From Hemiscyllium ocellatum (lineage: Eukaryota), in the NCBI RefSeq assembly GCF_020745735.1, contig NC_083429.1, positions 50,263,877-50,327,876 of the forward strand: 64,000 nucleotides of DNA. Reading direction: 5' to 3'. The notes beneath the pieces were generated by a model, which saw only the letters and a program-made list of their open reading frames with translations, searched no databases and was not told the DNA's origin. A program made the translations under genes and the position numbers. Shown piece by piece: positions 1 through 12,611 of the stretch (the first letter of the stretch is position 1; each line of letters opens with the position of its first letter).

Positions 1-160
1 GAGCTTGATAGATTAATGGATGCTGATGGGGTGAGGGAAATGGGGATAGAGTGGGAATATGGAGATGAGGGGCCAGATCAACCATGATTGTGTTTAATGA
101 TGGAGTGGGCCTGAAGGCAAAATAGCCGATTCCTGTGTACTCTGTTTTAATGTTCTATAA
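1..160 (+). mobile_element. CR1-type LINE 3' end fragment
   Basis: Degenerate CR1 3' UTR (gatcaaccatgatt...gggcctgaagg...atgttctata tail), same as other CR1 ends in the window. Confidence 0.5.
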
Positions 161-769
161 ACTATAAACCTGGTTATAGGATAAATCAGCACAGATCAAT
201 ATATTCTCATTCATTGCTGCATTTTGCAATTAATTAGCTGATACAACCTATTTAGAGGTTTCTTTCATTTAGTTTCTGAAGGCCTCACAAGATGAAACGT
301 AACTGCCTCCACTCTCTTTCACTCTGGAACTTCACTGTCTGTGCCTCAATTTCCTCCTTCCTTTCCTGAAGGTGCTGACTCTCACTGGGGTATGGGGTCT
401 CTCTCCCCTCACCTGAAGCTGCTGACTCACTAATTCTTGGTTGACTCACCCCCAGAGCCTCAGCAATTGCTATTTTTCATGTTTCAGCCTGCTATAATGT
501 GTCAGAAGCTGTTTGGAGCTGTTGCAAGTCAGTGCTCTCCAGGCCTAGTTCCCACAAGCACTCCCTGTCTAGCAGCACTCACATGGGACTCAGGAAGGAA
601 TCTGGTCTGGAAGAGTTCATAGAAACTCTGGGCTCAGTTACTAACAACTCCAAAATGTTCAGCCTGAAAGAATGATTGAAACTGTCAATGGACATGATCC
701 TACACAGTCCTACACTGATGTTTAGCCACAATCACCATTTCAGTCTGTAGGCTTTATACTTTTGCTATC

Positions 770-1275
770 TTTCTCCAATACTATAAACTGTCCATTTGTA
801 TCTCCACTGCCCAGTTCCCCGCTTTCTCAAAGTCCTGCTCCACTGTCACATCACTCCCTTTACTCACAAACCTATGTTGAATCTGGCGGTGCCACCACTT
901 CAAGATCTCATCCTTGATTTCAAATTCCAACCTGGTCCCGCCCCCATCCTTATCTGTTCAAGCCTCTCTAGCCCCACGATCTTCTGAAATCTCTGTTCTC
1001 CTCTGATTCTGAGGTCCTGCACAGCTCTTATTTCCTGTTTCATTATTGGCAGCCATACCTGAACTGAGAATTTCCCTCTCCACTTCCTCTTGCCAGGCAC
1101 TAAGTAAAACCTACCTCTTTGACTAAGGTTCTGGTTGGCTGTCATAATATCTCTTTGTGTCAAATTTGAGTCACATTTTGACTGAGGGTCAAATTTTGTT
1201 TGATGGCATCCCTGCAGATTATCTAGGGATGGCTTACTATGTCGAAGGTGCTTTGGAAATGCAACTTGTTATTGT
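770..1275 (+). mobile_element. L2-type LINE 3' end
   Basis: Remnant resembling L2 ORF2 C-terminus (HITP...L...LILDFK), then a tail aaaacctacctctttgac...aaatgcaacttgtt that resembles the ends of the Deu-type SINEs in this window. Confidence 0.5.
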
Positions 1276-1314
1276 CACTGATTATCTTTCTCTCCGTAGG
1301 TGAGGAACAGTGAA

Positions 1315-1354
1315 ATGGATCTCCTCTTGCTGCTGTCATCTCTCATATTCTGTG
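1315..1354 (+). CDS. JAML: JAML-like coding exon 1 (signal peptide MDLLLLLSSLIFC-G)
   Basis: Acceptor tctttctctccgtag ending 1299, ATG 1315, hydrophobic leader, donor G|gtaagt at 1355, phase 1 matches next exon. Confidence 0.8.
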
Positions 1355-1671
1355 GTAAGTACTTTGTTTATTGGAAACAGTGACGGAAGAGTGGCCTGTA
1401 TTAGGCAGAGGGTTTGAGTCACAACTGTAATTGGGGCTGGGATTGCTGACTGTGGCTCGTTACATTCCTGGAGATTTTGTTCCATGGTTCACCCACCTCT
1501 AAATATCAAGCCCCCACCCAACAGTCATCATTGATTTGTTTTTAGTTGAGCTGCATTGAATCTATTTAAGAATGGGCTCAATGAGTTGAACAGTGGACTT
1601 GCAGCTCAGATCGGGCTGAATTGGAATCTATTTTCATGCCTGTGAGCAAAAATAGATTTCCAGCGCATTAA

Positions 1672-1850
1672 CTTAAAACAAAGAACTGTGGAGTTTGGAA
1701 ATCTGAAATGAAAACAGAAATTCAACAGGTCTGGCAGCATCTGTGGAGGGAAGGTAGAGTTAACTGGCTCTCAACGTTAACAGTTTCTCTCTCCAGAGAT
1801 GCTGCCAGACCTGCTGAGTTTCTCCAGAAATTTCTGTTTTTATTGATGGT
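1672..1850. mobile_element. PLE-end fold-back fragment (family E)
   Basis: caggtctggcagcatctgtggag...gttaac followed by its inverse gttaac...ctccagagatgctgccagacctgctgag; related to 28365-28500. Confidence 0.5.
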
Positions 1851-1929
1851 ACTGTTTGGTTTTGAGGACAGAGGAGGAAAGACTCAGCTCAGTGTCAGTG
1901 TTGACAAAAGGAGTAAAGATTGTATTTTG

Positions 1930-2300
1930 GTAGCATTTTTCATGACCTGAGAGTATCCCAGATGCTCTGCAACCAAAGAAATGCTTTTTAAGCATAGCTG
2001 ATGTTGTCATATTGGAAACACTGAAATCAATTCGTATACAATAAGCTTCCACAAACAGTAATTCGATAACGATTTTTTATTGGTGTTGATTGAGGGAATA
2101 AATATTGACACTGAGAAGAGCTCCTCTACTCTTCTTTGGAAATAGATCTTTCAGGTCCACGGGGGCCTGAATTTATCAAATCATACGTCAGATGGCACCT
2201 CCAACATTGTGACACTCCCTCGATGCTGCACTGAAATGTCAGCCACAACTTTTGAGTTCAAATCCTGGAATGGGATTTGAAGCCATAACTTGTACCCATA
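1930..2300 (-). mobile_element. Deu-domain SINE (SacSINE1-like)
   Basis: Reverse complement resembles the + copy at 25590-26085 (aagcttccacaaacag, tgagggaataaatattg, cactgaaatgtcagcc). Confidence 0.5.
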
Positions 2301-2794
2301 CTGAGGTAACATTGTTACCCACTGTTCCCATATACATAAGCACCCTATCCTCCAGTACTCCTGTATTTATATATAAATTAATTCAATACTAATATTTATA
2401 AATTTGGTCTTTGTTTTCATTGTTATCTTTGTTAGTGAATTTTACACTCTCACAACTGCCTTGAGTAATAGGGCACACTTTTCCTGCTCTTTTTTCTAAA
2501 TCACTTTCAATCTTACATTGATATCTTTTCATTCAAGACCCTTCAACTACTGGAAACATTCTGGGGGTTATTGGGACCCATCATAGGGAAATTAAAGGCT
2601 TTGGGATCAATGCTGGTTTTAGACTCTGCCTGATTTTACTCTTCATTAAAGTCAACAGAGAACAATTTTGGACATTCCTTCCCATTCTCTGGAATTTCCA
2701 CCAGCGAAATTATGTCAGAAAAAGACCCTCTGTTTCTGCTTACCCTGTTCCTTCCATTCATAATGTTAAATACCTCTGTCAAATCACCTTGTAC

Positions 2795-3160
2795 ACCAGA
2801 CAAGAAGAAATAGGAGCAGGAATTGGCCATTCAGCCCGTTGAATTTTCTCCATCATTCAATGAGATTATGGTTGATCTTTTAACTCAATTCTACTTTCTA
2901 ACTCTAACCTCATATGGCTTGGTTGCCTCAGTGCCCAAAACTCTATACATCCCAATCTTAAATGAGTTCAGTCTTCCAGGTTCTCTCTGGGATTGAGAAT
3001 TCCAAAGATTCATACTTATTTTGAGCTGAGACATTTCTCCTCAGCTCAGTGTTAAATGGCTTTTTCCCAACTTTCGACTATGAATCATAGACCCAGATTC
3101 TCCAACTTAGGGGGCAACAGCCTCTCAGCATCTACCTATAGCAACCGCCTTGTCCCTAAG
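2795..3160 (-). mobile_element. CR1 LINE 3' fragment
   Basis: Starts with antisense CR1 tail (aataggagcaggaattggccattcagccc) and continues into degenerate ORF2 end. Confidence 0.55.
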
Positions 3161-3397
3161 AAAGTTATGGACAGAACTTGCCATTTTGTTTCTGACCAAA
3201 TGTGGCAGTGAGTGCCTGTAGGATTGAGAGACTGCACCGTCCCCCACCCCCGCCATTGTGTCTTACCCAATCAACTCCCATGACATAGACGTCCCACCTC
3301 TCTGGCTGAACAGCAGCACAAAGGACTGGCACCATCAATGGCTTTGTGCTGCCACACTTTCACCCTCATTCATATCTAGATTGCCTCTATCCTGGGT

Positions 3398-3589
3398 TGA
3401 GAGTGTGATGCTGGAAAAGCACAGCAGGTCAGGCAGCATTAGAGGAGCAGGAGAATCAACGTTTCAGGCACTCTTGACTCGAGAAACGTCGGTTTTCCTG
3501 CTCCTCGCATGCTGCCTGACCTGCTGTGCTTTTCCAGCACCACACTCTCGACTCTGATCTCCAGCATCTGCAGTCCTCACTTTCTACTT
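3398..3589. mobile_element. Penelope-like family A fold-back mini-element
   Basis: Inverted arms (gctggaaaagcacagcaggtcaggcagcat / atgctgcctgacctgctgtgcttttccagc); 14-bp TSD cctctatcctgggt at 3384-3397 and 3590-3603; ribozyme core truncated. Confidence 0.8.
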
Positions 3590-4712
3590 CCTCTATCCTG
3601 GGTATAGTTCCTCCTAGCACCCCACCTATCCTACCCACCCACCCCCAACTCCAGTTGGTGATCTACTCTGTGTAATAGATGAGAAGACTACCACTTTACT
3701 CTACTGTCATGACAAAGTCAACTGGAGGGTTTGAGGCCTTTAACATGCCTTTAATTAACCCCTTAATGCCCTCAGTTTGTAGGGGTCAGGAAGGTTGCCC
3801 ATGCACCTGCCCCCAAAACATAACTGCTGAACTGGGAGGAGGGGCAGTAACTTCTTGGCGTCAACTCACCCCAGTAGTTACCCATCCTCCACCTTCCTTG
3901 TCACGTTTAGGGAGGAAAGTCCCATCCAAATTTACATTTCAATGAGATCACTTCCTGCTTACAAACTGCACAGACTGTAAACCCATTCCTCCTCTCAGAG
4001 GACAGCTTTCTCTCCTAAGCCCTAATGAGATGTCATGGCTTGGGTGCAAGATTTTTGCTAAATTCCACAAATCGTATCCTTTGAACAAACTGTTCAGGTT
4101 CTGTACAGACGCTGATATATATGATCCCAGCTGTCTCTTTGCTGAGACTAAAACTGAAGGAGCAAGATTGAAAGCTCTGATGCAGTTGCATTGCTGCACA
4201 GGAGAGCATTTATTTTAATGGAAAGGGGAAGCTGAACCTGCAGATCCTTCCTATCACTACCTTGCCCGGCTACCAAAAACAAACCCACAGTTTCCCATTT
4301 TGAAGCCAGCTGACTTCAACTCATGATAATTTTAATACTGTGAAGCAATTTAACCCATAATAAAGTGCAGTTAATCCAGTCCATGCTACTAAACATGGGC
4401 TGTACCTTAACCAGGGTTCTGTATCTCACATAGCATGGTAAATCAAGCACCTTGTGGCTTTAGCTTTTGTCTGATATTGTGCAGGAAGATTTGCAGGCTT
4501 TTTATAAAATAAATATACCTGGCAGTGACAACATCAACTGGCTTTCATTTATGTAAATTATAAATCAACACCAGCACAACTGGTTCAAGATAAGTCATGA
4601 GTTTGACTGAATTCTTTGACAATATAAGTCATAAGACTGATGAGAGGAGTACCATTGGAAACATTAAAAACCACACAACACCAGGTTACAGTCCAACAGG
4701 TTTAATTGGAAG

Positions 4713-4747
4713 CACTAGCTTTCAGAGCAACGCTCCTTCATCAGGTG
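4713..4747 (-). ncRNA. Minimal type-I hammerhead ribozyme motif, family D
   Basis: Minus strand CAC-CUGAUGA-A-GGAGC-GUU-GCUCU-GAAAG-CUA^GUG: core intact, stem I CAC/GUG, stem II 5 bp with one G-U, palindromic AGCU stem III. Confidence 0.7.
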
Positions 4748-5089
4748 ATTGTGGAGGGCACAATTGTAAGGCACAGAATTTATAGCAAAAATTTACAGTG
4801 TGATGTAACTGAAATTATACATTGAAAAATACCTTGATTGTTTGTTAAGCCGCTCATCTGTCAGAATGACCATGTTAGTTTCACTTCTTTCGTATGTAAA
4901 TCACAAAACCTTTTTTAAAAGTTACATTCTCAGATTAACTTTAACAATTGGTGTCAGCCCAGACAATGTGTTGAAGGTGTTGTCCCCCTGTGTGGTGCTG
5001 TCTGTGCCATAATGTTTAGACTGATTCTAATCATGGATTCATGCAATTTTTGAGCAAGGTAACTCTGCAAGTACAAATTCACCCCACAA

Positions 5090-5090
<1 letters not shown>

Positions 5091-5138
<48 letters not shown>
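5091..5138. repeat. (TG)24 microsatellite
   Basis: Perfect TG run; lies at the position of the CA-rich tract of PLE family D. Confidence 0.95.
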
Positions 5139-5140
<2 letters not shown>

Positions 5141-5589
5141 CACCTGCTTTTGATAAAGGGCCAGATCATAGACTAATGGTTGGTTTACTGATCAATGGAT
5201 GTCTGCTGCCATGTTCCCAAGGAGCAGAGTTGTGACCATTGCTCTTTGTCATCTATACTGCAAGCGTGTTGTTTCTGGGCCTTAGTTGTAATTAATGCTA
5301 ATGAATAAAATTGTATATATATTTGTGGCTAAGAACTGTTATCGTTTGCGCTCAGAAACAGAAATCAGAATTTGCGTCATACAGGCTGAAATGTATTTGC
5401 AATGTCTACACAATTTATATTTGGGACAATAGATACTCAGGAGCACATTAGAGTCTGGAACATAATCAAGAAAGCCATGTAGTTTCAAGTAGAATGACAG
5501 ATATGCAGCAGAGAGTGGTAGCCTGGAATCTAAATCAAGGGTTTGTACCCAAGAGAGATTTACAGCCTTGAATCTAATTGTGGAGCTGT

Positions 5590-5935
5590 CATGCTTTATA
5601 CATAAAATAACAGATACCCAGGAGAGGTTTACAGTCTGGAATCCACTCAAATCGGTTTAAGATAAGAGGGGAAAGATTTAAAAAGGACCTGAAGGGTAAC
5701 ATTTTCATGCAGAGGGTGGTGCATGTAAGGAACAAGCTGCCAGAGGAAGTGGTGGAGGCTGGTACAATTACAACATTTAAAAGGCATCTGGACGGGTATA
5801 TGAATAAAAAGGGTTCAGAGAGATATGGGCAAAATGCCGGCAAATGGGACTAGGTCAGATTAGGATATCTGGTAGGCATGGATGAGTTGGACCGAAGGGT
5901 CTGTTTTTATGCTGTTCTGACTCTATGGCTCTAAG
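5590..5935 (+). mobile_element. CR1 LINE 3' end
   Basis: ORF2 C-terminal remnant (FKKDLKGNIFMQRVV) and tail ggaccgaagggtctgttt...gactctatggctctaag. Confidence 0.75.
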
Positions 5936-6075
5936 GTGTCTGGGTAGTTTATGTACAGGCTGAAGAATAGCTAGTGTAGCATCATCAACAGTGGGAATCA
6001 ATCCATTGCCTGTCAGCCCAGATACTGAGGCTTCTACCCATCAATGGGCATTGGATGTTGGTTTCTGTTCTTCAG

Positions 6076-6245
6076 GTATCTGCTCCACATTAGCGATTGG
6101 TGTCTATACCCCAAGATCCTTGGTTGTAAAGGAGGGAATGGAGTTACGGTTGGACTGCAAACTCGAATACCAAACTGACATTCAACAACACAACATCAAA
6201 CTGGAATGGTTGTATAGCTCTTACAGTGATACCAAAGAGGTCTTG
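6076..6245 (+). CDS. JAML: JAML-like coding exon 2 (Ig-V N-half: ICSTLAIGVYTPRSLVVKEGMELRLDCKLEYQTDIQQHNIKLEWLYSSYSDTKEVL)
   Basis: Acceptor ttcttcag, donor TTG|gtgagt; B-strand Cys and C-strand Trp; V domain split into two exons as in the MPZ/SCN-beta family. Confidence 0.88.
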
Positions 6246-6754
6246 GTGAGTGATGTGTTCCAGAGTTCTCTGTCGATTTCAGTGGCTGCACTTTACTTAC
6301 ATGATTTGTGACTTCTCTGTAACTCAAATGTCGTGACAGCTGCTGCCACTTACGGCAGTGATGTGGTTGAGAGCTTTCAGTAATCTCTGAGAAATTTTAC
6401 AAAGGATCTGCAGAAATTGTCCACCAAAGCACATTGCAAATGAGGATAAATCAGTGGGTGATTGCTCTGATTATGTTTCCATTAAAAAAGATTGTACTTT
6501 TTTAATGTCACACACTGTCACATTGCAACACTTCAGCAACACAGAATGCACAATAACTTCAGCAAGTCACGGGCAGCATGTTTCCACTCTTCCAGGTCTA
6601 TTTTGAACAGCTATGACTGTAGTTAGCAGTAAAAGTAAAGTCACCAGAAGAGCACACTCTAGTTAGACAGACATAGCTGATTGTGTTTTAACCTGAGGGT
6701 CACCATGCCTCAGGTGAAGGGAGAGACTGAGAAGGAGATTCTGAGAAGAAATAG

Positions 6755-7380
6755 TGCTGTGAGGAAGGCATATGGTGTACTGGGCTTTATTGGCAGAGGA
6801 ATTGAGTTCTGGAGTCCTGAGGTCATGTTGCAGTTGTATAAGACTCTGGTGAGGCCTCATCTGGAGTATTGTGTGCAGTTTTGGTTGCCATACTATAGGA
6901 AGGATGTGGAAGCTTTAGAACGAGTGCAGAGGAGATTTACCAGGATGTTGCCTGGAATGGTAGGAAAATCTTATGAGGAAAGGCTGAGGCACTTGGGGCT
7001 GTTCTCATTGGAGAAGAGAAGGTTTAGGGGAGATCTGATAGAAGTGTATAAGATGATTAGGGGTTTAGATAGGGTAGATACTAAGAACCTTTTACCGCTA
7101 ATGGAGTCAGGTGTTACTAGGGGACATAGCTTTAAATTAAGGGGTGGTAGGTATAGGACAGATGTTAGGGGTAGATTCTTCACACAGCGGGTTGTGAGTT
7201 CATGGAATGCCCTGCCCGTATCAGTGGTGAACTCTCCTTCTTTATGGTCATTTAAGCGGGCATTGGATAGGCATTTGGAAATTATTGGGCTAGTATAGGT
7301 TAGGTAGGATTCGGTCGGCGCAACATCGAGGGCCGAAGGGCCTGTACTGCGCTGTATCCTTCTATGTTCTATGTTCTATG
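6755..7380 (+). mobile_element. Young 5'-truncated CR1 LINE
   Basis: Uninterrupted ORF2 C-terminus (ORF 6681-7298: LYKTLVRPHLEYCVQFW...RRFRGDLIEVYKM) and ttctatgttctatgttctatg tail. Confidence 0.92.
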
Positions 7381-7507
7381 AGAATTCTTCATGGTAACCT
7401 GAGCCTGAGCAGGAATTGAATCTATGCTGTTGGTGTCACTCTGCATCACAAACCAGCCAACTGACCCCCAATAGTAATGAGCAGGCCGACCAGGGAAGAC
7501 CAGAGAA

Positions 7508-7690
7508 ATGGGCAGCACGGTGACTCAGTGGTTAGCACTGCTGCCTCACAGAACCAAGGACCCAAGTTCGATTTTACACTCGGACAACTGTCTGTGTGGG
7601 GTTTGACATGCTACCCTTGTCAGTGCGGGTTTGTTCAGGTTTTCTCCAACAGTCCAAACATTGCAAGTTATGAGTTTGGCAACACTAAAT
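7508..7690 (+). mobile_element. HE1-like tRNA-derived SINE (degenerate)
   Basis: gggcagcacggtgactcagtggttagcactgctgcctcacag head, same family as 10756-11073. Confidence 0.75.
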
Positions 7691-8711
7691 TAGGTCATAG
7701 AGCATAGAATATTACAGAGCAGTACAGGCCTTTTGGCCATCGATGTTGTGCTGACCTGTGAAACCAATCTGAAGCCCATCTAACCTACACTGTTCCATTC
7801 TCATCCGTAAATTTATCCAATGACAATTTAAATGCCCTTAAAGTTGGTGAGTCTATTATTGTTGCAAGCAGGGCGTTCCACTCCCCTACTACACTCTGAG
7901 TAAAGAAATTACCTCTGATGTGTCCCATATCTATCACCCCTCAATTTAAAGCTATGTTCCCCCATGCTAGCCATCACTATCCAAGGAAAAAGGCTCTCAC
8001 TGTCCACCCTATCTAACCCTCCGATTATCTTATATGTCTCTATTAAGTCACCTCTCACCTTTCTTATCTCTAATGAAAACAGCCTCAAGTCCCTCAGTTC
8101 TTTCCTCATTAAACCTTCACTCCATACTAGGCAACGTCCTAGCAAATCTCCTCTGAACCCTTTCCAAAGCTTTCACAACCTTCCTATAATGTGGTGACCA
8201 GAACTGTACGCAATCCTCCAAGTGCAGCCACACCAGGGTTTTGTACAACTGCAACATGACCTCATGGCTCCGAAACTCAATCCCTCTCCCAATAAACCGT
8301 GTGTCTTCTTAACAACTCTATCAATCTGGATGGCAACTTTCAGGGATCTATGTACATGGAAACCGAGCTCTCCCTGCTTATCTCTGCCAAGAATCTTACC
8401 ATTAACCCCATACTCTTTATTCCTGTTGCTCCTTTCAAAGTGAATCACCTCACACTTTTCCACATTAAACTCCATTTGCCACAACTCAGCCCAGCTCTGC
8501 AGCTTATCTATGTCCCTCTGTAACCTGCAACATTCTTTTGCACTGTCCACAACTCCACCAACTTTACTTTTATCCACAAATTTACTAACCCATCATTCTA
8601 CGCCCTCATCCAGGTCATTTATAAAAATGACAAACAGCAGTGGTCCCAAAACAGATCCTTGCGGTACACCACTAGTAACTGAACTCCAGGATGAACATTT
8701 CTCTTCAACCA

Positions 8712-8932
8712 GGTAAAAACAATGACTGCAGATGCTGGAAACCAGATTCTGGATTAGTGTTGCTTGAAAAGCACAGCAGTTCAGGCAGCATCCGAGGAGC
8801 AGGAAAATAGATGTTTCGGGCAAAAGCCCTTCATTAGGTATTCCTGATGAAGGGCTTTTGCCCGAAACGTCGATTTTCTTGCTCCTCAGATGCTGCCTGA
8901 ACTTCTGTGCTTTTCCAGCACCACTAATCCAG
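8712..8932. mobile_element. Penelope-like family A fold-back mini-element nested in CR1
   Basis: Near-perfect palindrome centred near 8839; 15-bp TSD atttctcttcaacca at 8697-8711 and 8933-8947. Confidence 0.88.
8840..8875 (+). ncRNA. Minimal type-I hammerhead ribozyme motif, family A (sense to JAML pre-mRNA)
   Basis: AUUC-CUGAUGA-A-GGGC-UUUU-GCCC-GAAAC-GUC^GAUU; core intact, stem I with one U-U, predicted cleavage after 8871. Confidence 0.72.
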
Positions 8933-10755
8933 ATTTCTCTTCAACCACCATCTAGTTGTCTTCTGTCTTCTTCCATCTAGCCAATTTCTGATCTAAACCA
9001 CAAAATCATCCTCAATCCCATGTCTCTGTATTTTGTGCAATAGCCTACCATGGGGAGCCTTATCGAACATCTTACTGAAATCCATACAAAGAACATCAAC
9101 CACTTTACCCTCATCCACCTGTTTGGTCACCTTCTCAAAGAACTCAGAAGGTTTGTGAGGTATCCTTCACTTCACCGTGTTGACTATACCTAATCAACTT
9201 ATTCTTTTCTAGATGAATGTAATTCCTCTCTCTTATAACCTTTTCCAACATTTTACCTACAACTGAAGTAAGGCTCACTGGTCTATAATTACCAGGGTTG
9301 TCTCTACTCCCCTCCTTGAACAAGGGGACAACATTTGCTATCCTCCAGTCTTCTGGCACTATTCCTGTAGACAGTGGTGACATAAAGATCAAAGCCAAAA
9401 GCTCTGTAATCTCCTCCCTGGTTTCCCAGAGAATCCTAGGATAAATCCCATCCGGCCAAGGGAAATTATCTTTTCACACTTTCCAGAATTGCTAGCACCT
9501 CCTCCTTGTGAACCTCAATCCTGTCTAGTCTGGTAGCCTGTATGTCATTATTCTCCTTGGCAACATTGTCTTTTTCCAATGTGAATATTGGTGAAAAATA
9601 TTCATTTAGTTCTTCTCCTATCTCCTTGGACTCCACTCACTATTTCCCACTACTGTCCTTGATTGGCCCTAATCTAACTCTAATCTTAAAGGATTCTTTT
9701 ATTCCTGATATATCTTTAGAAAGCTTTAGGGTTTTCCTTGATCTTATCTGCCAATGATTTCTCATGTCCTCTGCTGACTCTTCTTAGCTCTCTCTTTAGG
9801 TCTTTCCTAGCTAACTTGTAACTCTCAAGCACCCTAACTGAGCCTTCATGTCTCATAAGCATTCTTCTTCCTCTTGACAAGAGATTAAACTTCTGTAGTA
9901 AACTACAGCTCCTGAACTCGACCACTTCCTCCCTGCCTGACCAGTACATACTTGTCAAGGACACGCAGTAGCTGTTCCTTGAATAAGCTCCACATTTCAA
10001 TTGTGCCCATCGTCTGCAGTTTCCTTCCCTATCCTATGTATCCAGAATCTTGCATAATCGCATCGTAATTGCCTTTCCCCCAACTATAAGGCCTTCCCTG
10101 CAGTATATACCTATCCCTCTCTATCACTAAAATAAACATAACTTAACTGTGGTCACTATCACCAAAGTGCTCACCTACTTCCAAATCTAACACCTGGTTT
10201 ATTACTCAGAACCAAATCCAATGTGGCCTCGCACATTACTGGCTTGTCTACATACTGTGTCAGGAAACCCTCCTGCACACATTGGACAAAAACTGACCCA
10301 TCTAAAGTACTCAAACTATAATATTTCCAGTCAATTTTTGGAAAGTTAAAGGCCCCCATAACAACTACTCTGTCATTCTCGCTTCTATCCGGAATAATCT
10401 TTGCTCTCCTTTCCTCTTCATCTCTGGAACTATTCGGAGGCCTATAGAAAACTCCCACAGGGTGGCCTCTCATTTCCTGTTTCTAACCTCAGCCCATACT
10501 ACCTCAGTAGACGAGTCCTCAAACGTCCTTTCTGCCACCGTAATACTGTCCTTGACTAACAATGCCACATCTCCCTCACGTTTACCATCTTCCCTTTCTT
10601 ACTGAAACATCTAAATCACGGAAGCTGCAACAACCAGTCCTGTCCCTGCTCTATCCTTGTCTCTGAATTGGCCACAATATCTAAGTCCCAGGTACCAACC
10701 CATGCTGCAAGTTCACCCACCTTATTCTGGATGCTCTTGGCGTTGAAGTAGACAT

Positions 10756-11073
10756 GGGGCAGCACAGTGGCACAATGGTTAGCACTATTGCCTCACAGCA
10801 CCAGGGTCCCGGGTTCAATTCCCGCCTCGGGCAACTGTCTGTGTGGAGCTTGCACGTTCTCCCCATGTCTGTGTGGGTTTCCTCTGGGTGCTCCGGTTTC
10901 CTCCCATAGTCCAAAAATGTGCAGGTTAGGTGAATTGGCCATGCTAAATTGCCCATAGTGTTAGATGAAGGGGTAAATGTAGGGGAATGGGTCTGGGTGG
11001 GTTGCTCTTCGGAGGGTCGGTGTGGATTTGGGCTGAAGGGCCTGTTTCCACACTATAAATAATCTAATCTAAT
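10756..11073 (+). mobile_element. Full-length HE1-like SINE nested in CR1
   Basis: Pol III box A TGGCACAATGG (10768-78), box B GTTCAATTC (10813-21), CR1-like tail gaagggcctgtttccacact, aatctaatctaat end. Confidence 0.88.
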
Positions 11074-11304
11074 ACGTTTCAAACCAGCTTCCTGCTTGCT
11101 GCTGCACTCTTGCAACCTTGAAACCTTATTTCTGACCTCACTACTCTCAACTTCCTAAATTGGTCGTAGTGTCCGGGGATGTACAGGTTAAGTGGGTTGG
11201 CCATGGGAAATGCAAAGTTAAAGGGATAGGTGGGTGGAAGTGAGTGAGATGCTCTTTGGAAAGTCAGTGTGGATGGGCAGAGTGTAGCGATTCTATTTAT
11301 CTAA

Positions 11305-11890
11305 AGGGGGTTGGAATATAATAGCAGCAATGTACTTGTAAGACTTTATAAAGCTCTAGTTAGGCCCCATTTAGTATACTGTGTCCAATTTTGGGCCCCA
11401 CACCTCAGGACATACTGGCACTGGAGCATGTCCAGCGGAGATTCACACGGATGATGATTGGCTGAGGATCCTCGGATTGTATTCATTACAGTTTAGAAGG
11501 TTGAGGGGAGACCTATTAGTAACTTACCAGATAATGCATGGCTTAGAAAGGGTGGATGCTGGGAGGTTGTTTTCATTAGGCGGGGAGACTAGGGCCAATG
11601 GGCACAGCCTTAAAATTAGAGCGGGTCAATTTAGAATGGAAATGAGGAAACATTTCTTCAGCCAGAGAGTGGTGGGCCTGTGGAATTCATTGCCACGGAG
11701 CGCAGTTGAGGCGGGACGTTGGGTGTCTTCAAGGCAGAGATTGATAAATTCTTGATCTCACAAGGAATTATGGGCTATGGGGAGAGTGCAGGTAAGTGGA
11801 AGTGAAACGCTCATCAGCCATGATTAAATGGCAGGGTGGACTCAATGGGCCAAATGGCCTTACTTCCCCTCCTATGTCTTATGGTTTTCC
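11305..11890 (+). mobile_element. CR1 LINE 3' end
   Basis: ORF2 end (LGLYSLQFRRLRGDL...KHFFSQRVVGLWNSLP) and cctatgtcttatgg tail. Confidence 0.85.
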
Positions 11891-12023
11891 ATGATTCTAA
11901 AAGTAACAAACCACTACTACCACTGAAAACAATCAGAGACTATGCAGTGATACCATTCGTAACAGCCTTCTCTCTCAGTTCATGTTTCCTCAGCCCACTA
12001 TCATTGACACACTTTAAGGTTTG

Positions 12024-12199
12024 AGGAGAAAGTGAGGTCTGCAGATGCTGGAGATCAGAGCTGAAAATGTGTTGCTGGAAAAGCGCAGCAGGTCAGGCAG
12101 CATCCAAGGAACAGGAAAGGGCTTATGCCCGAAACGTCGAATTTCCTGTTCCTTGGATGCTGCCTGACCTGCTGCGCTTTTCCAGCTACACATTTTCAG
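12024..12199. mobile_element. Penelope-like family A fold-back mini-element
   Basis: Inverted arms; 14-bp TSD cactttaaggtttg at 12010-12023 and 12200-12213; hammerhead keeps stem II and GAAACGUC but lacks CUGAUGA. Confidence 0.85.
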
Positions 12200-12344
12200 C
12201 ACTTTAAGGTTTGGCCTTGTATATTTTATCCTGTAATTTGAAGCAAGCTTCTGTTGGCGATTTCTCAGTCCATTTTACGGGCATTCTTTTGTTTCTATAT
12301 AAACCATTCCTAACTTCATTAAGATCATCGGCTGTGTATTGCAT

Positions 12345-12500
12345 GTTATCAAAGCTTCTTGTCTTGCACTGATCAGGGATGCATCACAAGAATACCAAAT
12401 CTCAAATACAATTTTATACTGCCCGAGAAGAGAGTGCTGATTGGTTAGCATATGGTGTTTTCATGGTGAATGTGCCAGTGAACAGTTAACGGATGATTGT
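12345..12500 (-). mobile_element. Short dispersed repeat family F (hammerhead-like end)
   Basis: Shares atcagg...cacaagaatacca and gtgctgattgg with 24490-24660; related sequence at 29055-29335. Confidence 0.5.
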
Positions 12501-12611
12501 ACAATAAATTGTGCTATTCTCCAGCTGAGGGGAACTTGTGAAGTGACTGGTGTTGGAATCGGCACTTCCTTCCAGTTCAGTTTCAATGAGAATAATTAAG
12601 TTAATTGTATA

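Larger units (their letters stand above)
4655..5140 (-). mobile_element. Penelope-like family D 3' end
   Basis: Matches the terminal arms of 54395-55450 (aaaaaccacacaacaccagg...ccaacaggttta); carries hammerhead motif and the family's CA/TG tract. Confidence 0.7.
7690..11160 (-). mobile_element. Long degenerate CR1 LINE (endonuclease to RT to tail) with nested insertions
   Basis: Minus-strand ORF pieces: VFYRPPNS...GAFNFPKIDW (APE), [11 protein letters not shown]...[39 protein letters not shown]; frameshifted. Confidence 0.9.

Noticed and set aside
6681-7298. 205-aa ORF and other CR1-derived ORFs (39036-39758, 38646-39008) as host genes
   Set aside because: They are LINE ORF2 fragments with CR1 tails and no splice context.
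10756-10830. tRNA genes
   Set aside because: Box A/B-containing heads continue into SINE bodies and tails; no complete cloverleaf seen.
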